Virus record (IMG/VR): IMGVR_UViG_3300005319_000005
Length of the DNA stretch: 5,343 nt
Source of the DNA: a virus
Strand: one strand, 5' to 3'
Shown: in pieces, positions 4,898 through 5,343 of the stretch
Numbering within the stretch: the first letter of the stretch is position 1
Layout of the letters: each line of letters begins with the position of its first letter
Notes under the pieces: model-generated
Database searches by the model: none
What the model was told of the DNA's origin: nothing
The model's input: only the letters and a program-made list of their open reading frames with translations
Program-made: the position numbers and the translations under genes

Positions 4898-5343
4898 GAT
4901 GCCTTCTGTAATGGCTCATACTTTTTCGCAAGTACCGAAAGCCGAAATTCCTCGATCTAAGTTTAATAGATCTCATGGTTTTAAAACTACGTTTAATGCT
5001 GGTTACCTCGTCCCTATGTTTGTGGACGAGGTTTTACCTGGTGATACGTTTAATCTTCGTATGACAGGTTTTGCTCGTTTGGCTACGCCTCTTGTTCCTT
5101 TTATGGACAATTTGTTTATGGAGACTTTTTACTTTTTTGTTCCAAGGCGTTTGCTTTGGGACAATTGGCAAAAGTTTAATGGTGAGCAGTTGAATCCTGG
5201 GGATTCAACTGATTTTTTGATTCCTCAGATGCAGGCTCCTACTGGTGGTTATGAAGTAGGTTCTTTGTCGGATTATTTTGGTTTGCCTACGGGAAAAGAG
5301 AATTATAAGCATGATTCTGTGATGCATCGTGCTTATAATTTGA
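4890..5343 (+). CDS. VP1: Major capsid protein VP1, 5' fragment; wrap-around copy of 410-863, truncated by the window end
   Basis: Identical sequence shifted by 4,480 nt. Confidence 0.9.
   Translation, partial: MSKMPSVMAHTFSQVPKAEIPRSKFNRSHGFKTTFNAGYLVPMFVDEVLPGDTFNLRMTGFARLATPLVPFMDNLFMETFYFFVPRRLLWDNWQKFNGEQLNPGDSTDFLIPQMQAPTGGYEVGSLSDYFGLPTGKENYKHDSVMHRAYNL

Larger units (their letters stand above)
4481..5343. repeat. Terminal redundancy copy 2, identical to 1-863
   Basis: Same comparison as for 1-863. Confidence 0.95.

Noticed and set aside
1-5343. Search for tRNA, rRNA, CRISPR arrays, integrase, transposase or IS ends, and toxin-antitoxin pairs
   Set aside because: I saw no cloverleaf-like segments, no spaced direct-repeat arrays and no ORFs with recombinase or transposase motifs. 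All coding capacity is accounted for by the gokushovirus core genes plus the two small ORFs.

Overview
The window holds about 1.19 copies of a small circular ssDNA phage genome of the family Microviridae, with Gokushovirinae-type gene content and order. Bases 1-863 are identical, as far as I could compare by eye, to 4481-5343, so the unit genome is 4,480 nt and the window simply wraps around the circle. All genes are on the + strand, which is T-rich with mostly T-ending codons. The order is VP4 (HUH rolling-circle Rep), VP5-like small protein, VP1 (major capsid), VP2 (pilot/minor capsid), VP3 (internal scaffold), a 40-aa J/VP8-like basic DNA-binding protein, then back to VP4. Two small genes fall below the ORF-track cutoff. 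One is the J/VP8-like gene (3414-3536). The other is a 39-codon hydrophobic ORF that exactly fills the VP1-VP2 gap (2065-2184); it is the best candidate for something undescribed, possibly a membrane or lysis protein. The second notable region is an abrupt GC-rich island (about 3157-3322) that forms the C-terminal tail of VP3 and continues into back-to-back perfect hairpins. It may be a complementary-strand origin, a terminator or a packaging element. A strong sigma70-like promoter overlaps the Rep stop codon, next to a hairpin that can sequester the VP5 ribosome-binding site. I saw no tRNA, CRISPR array, integrase or transposase. All homology statements rest on remembered family motifs, not on database searches.
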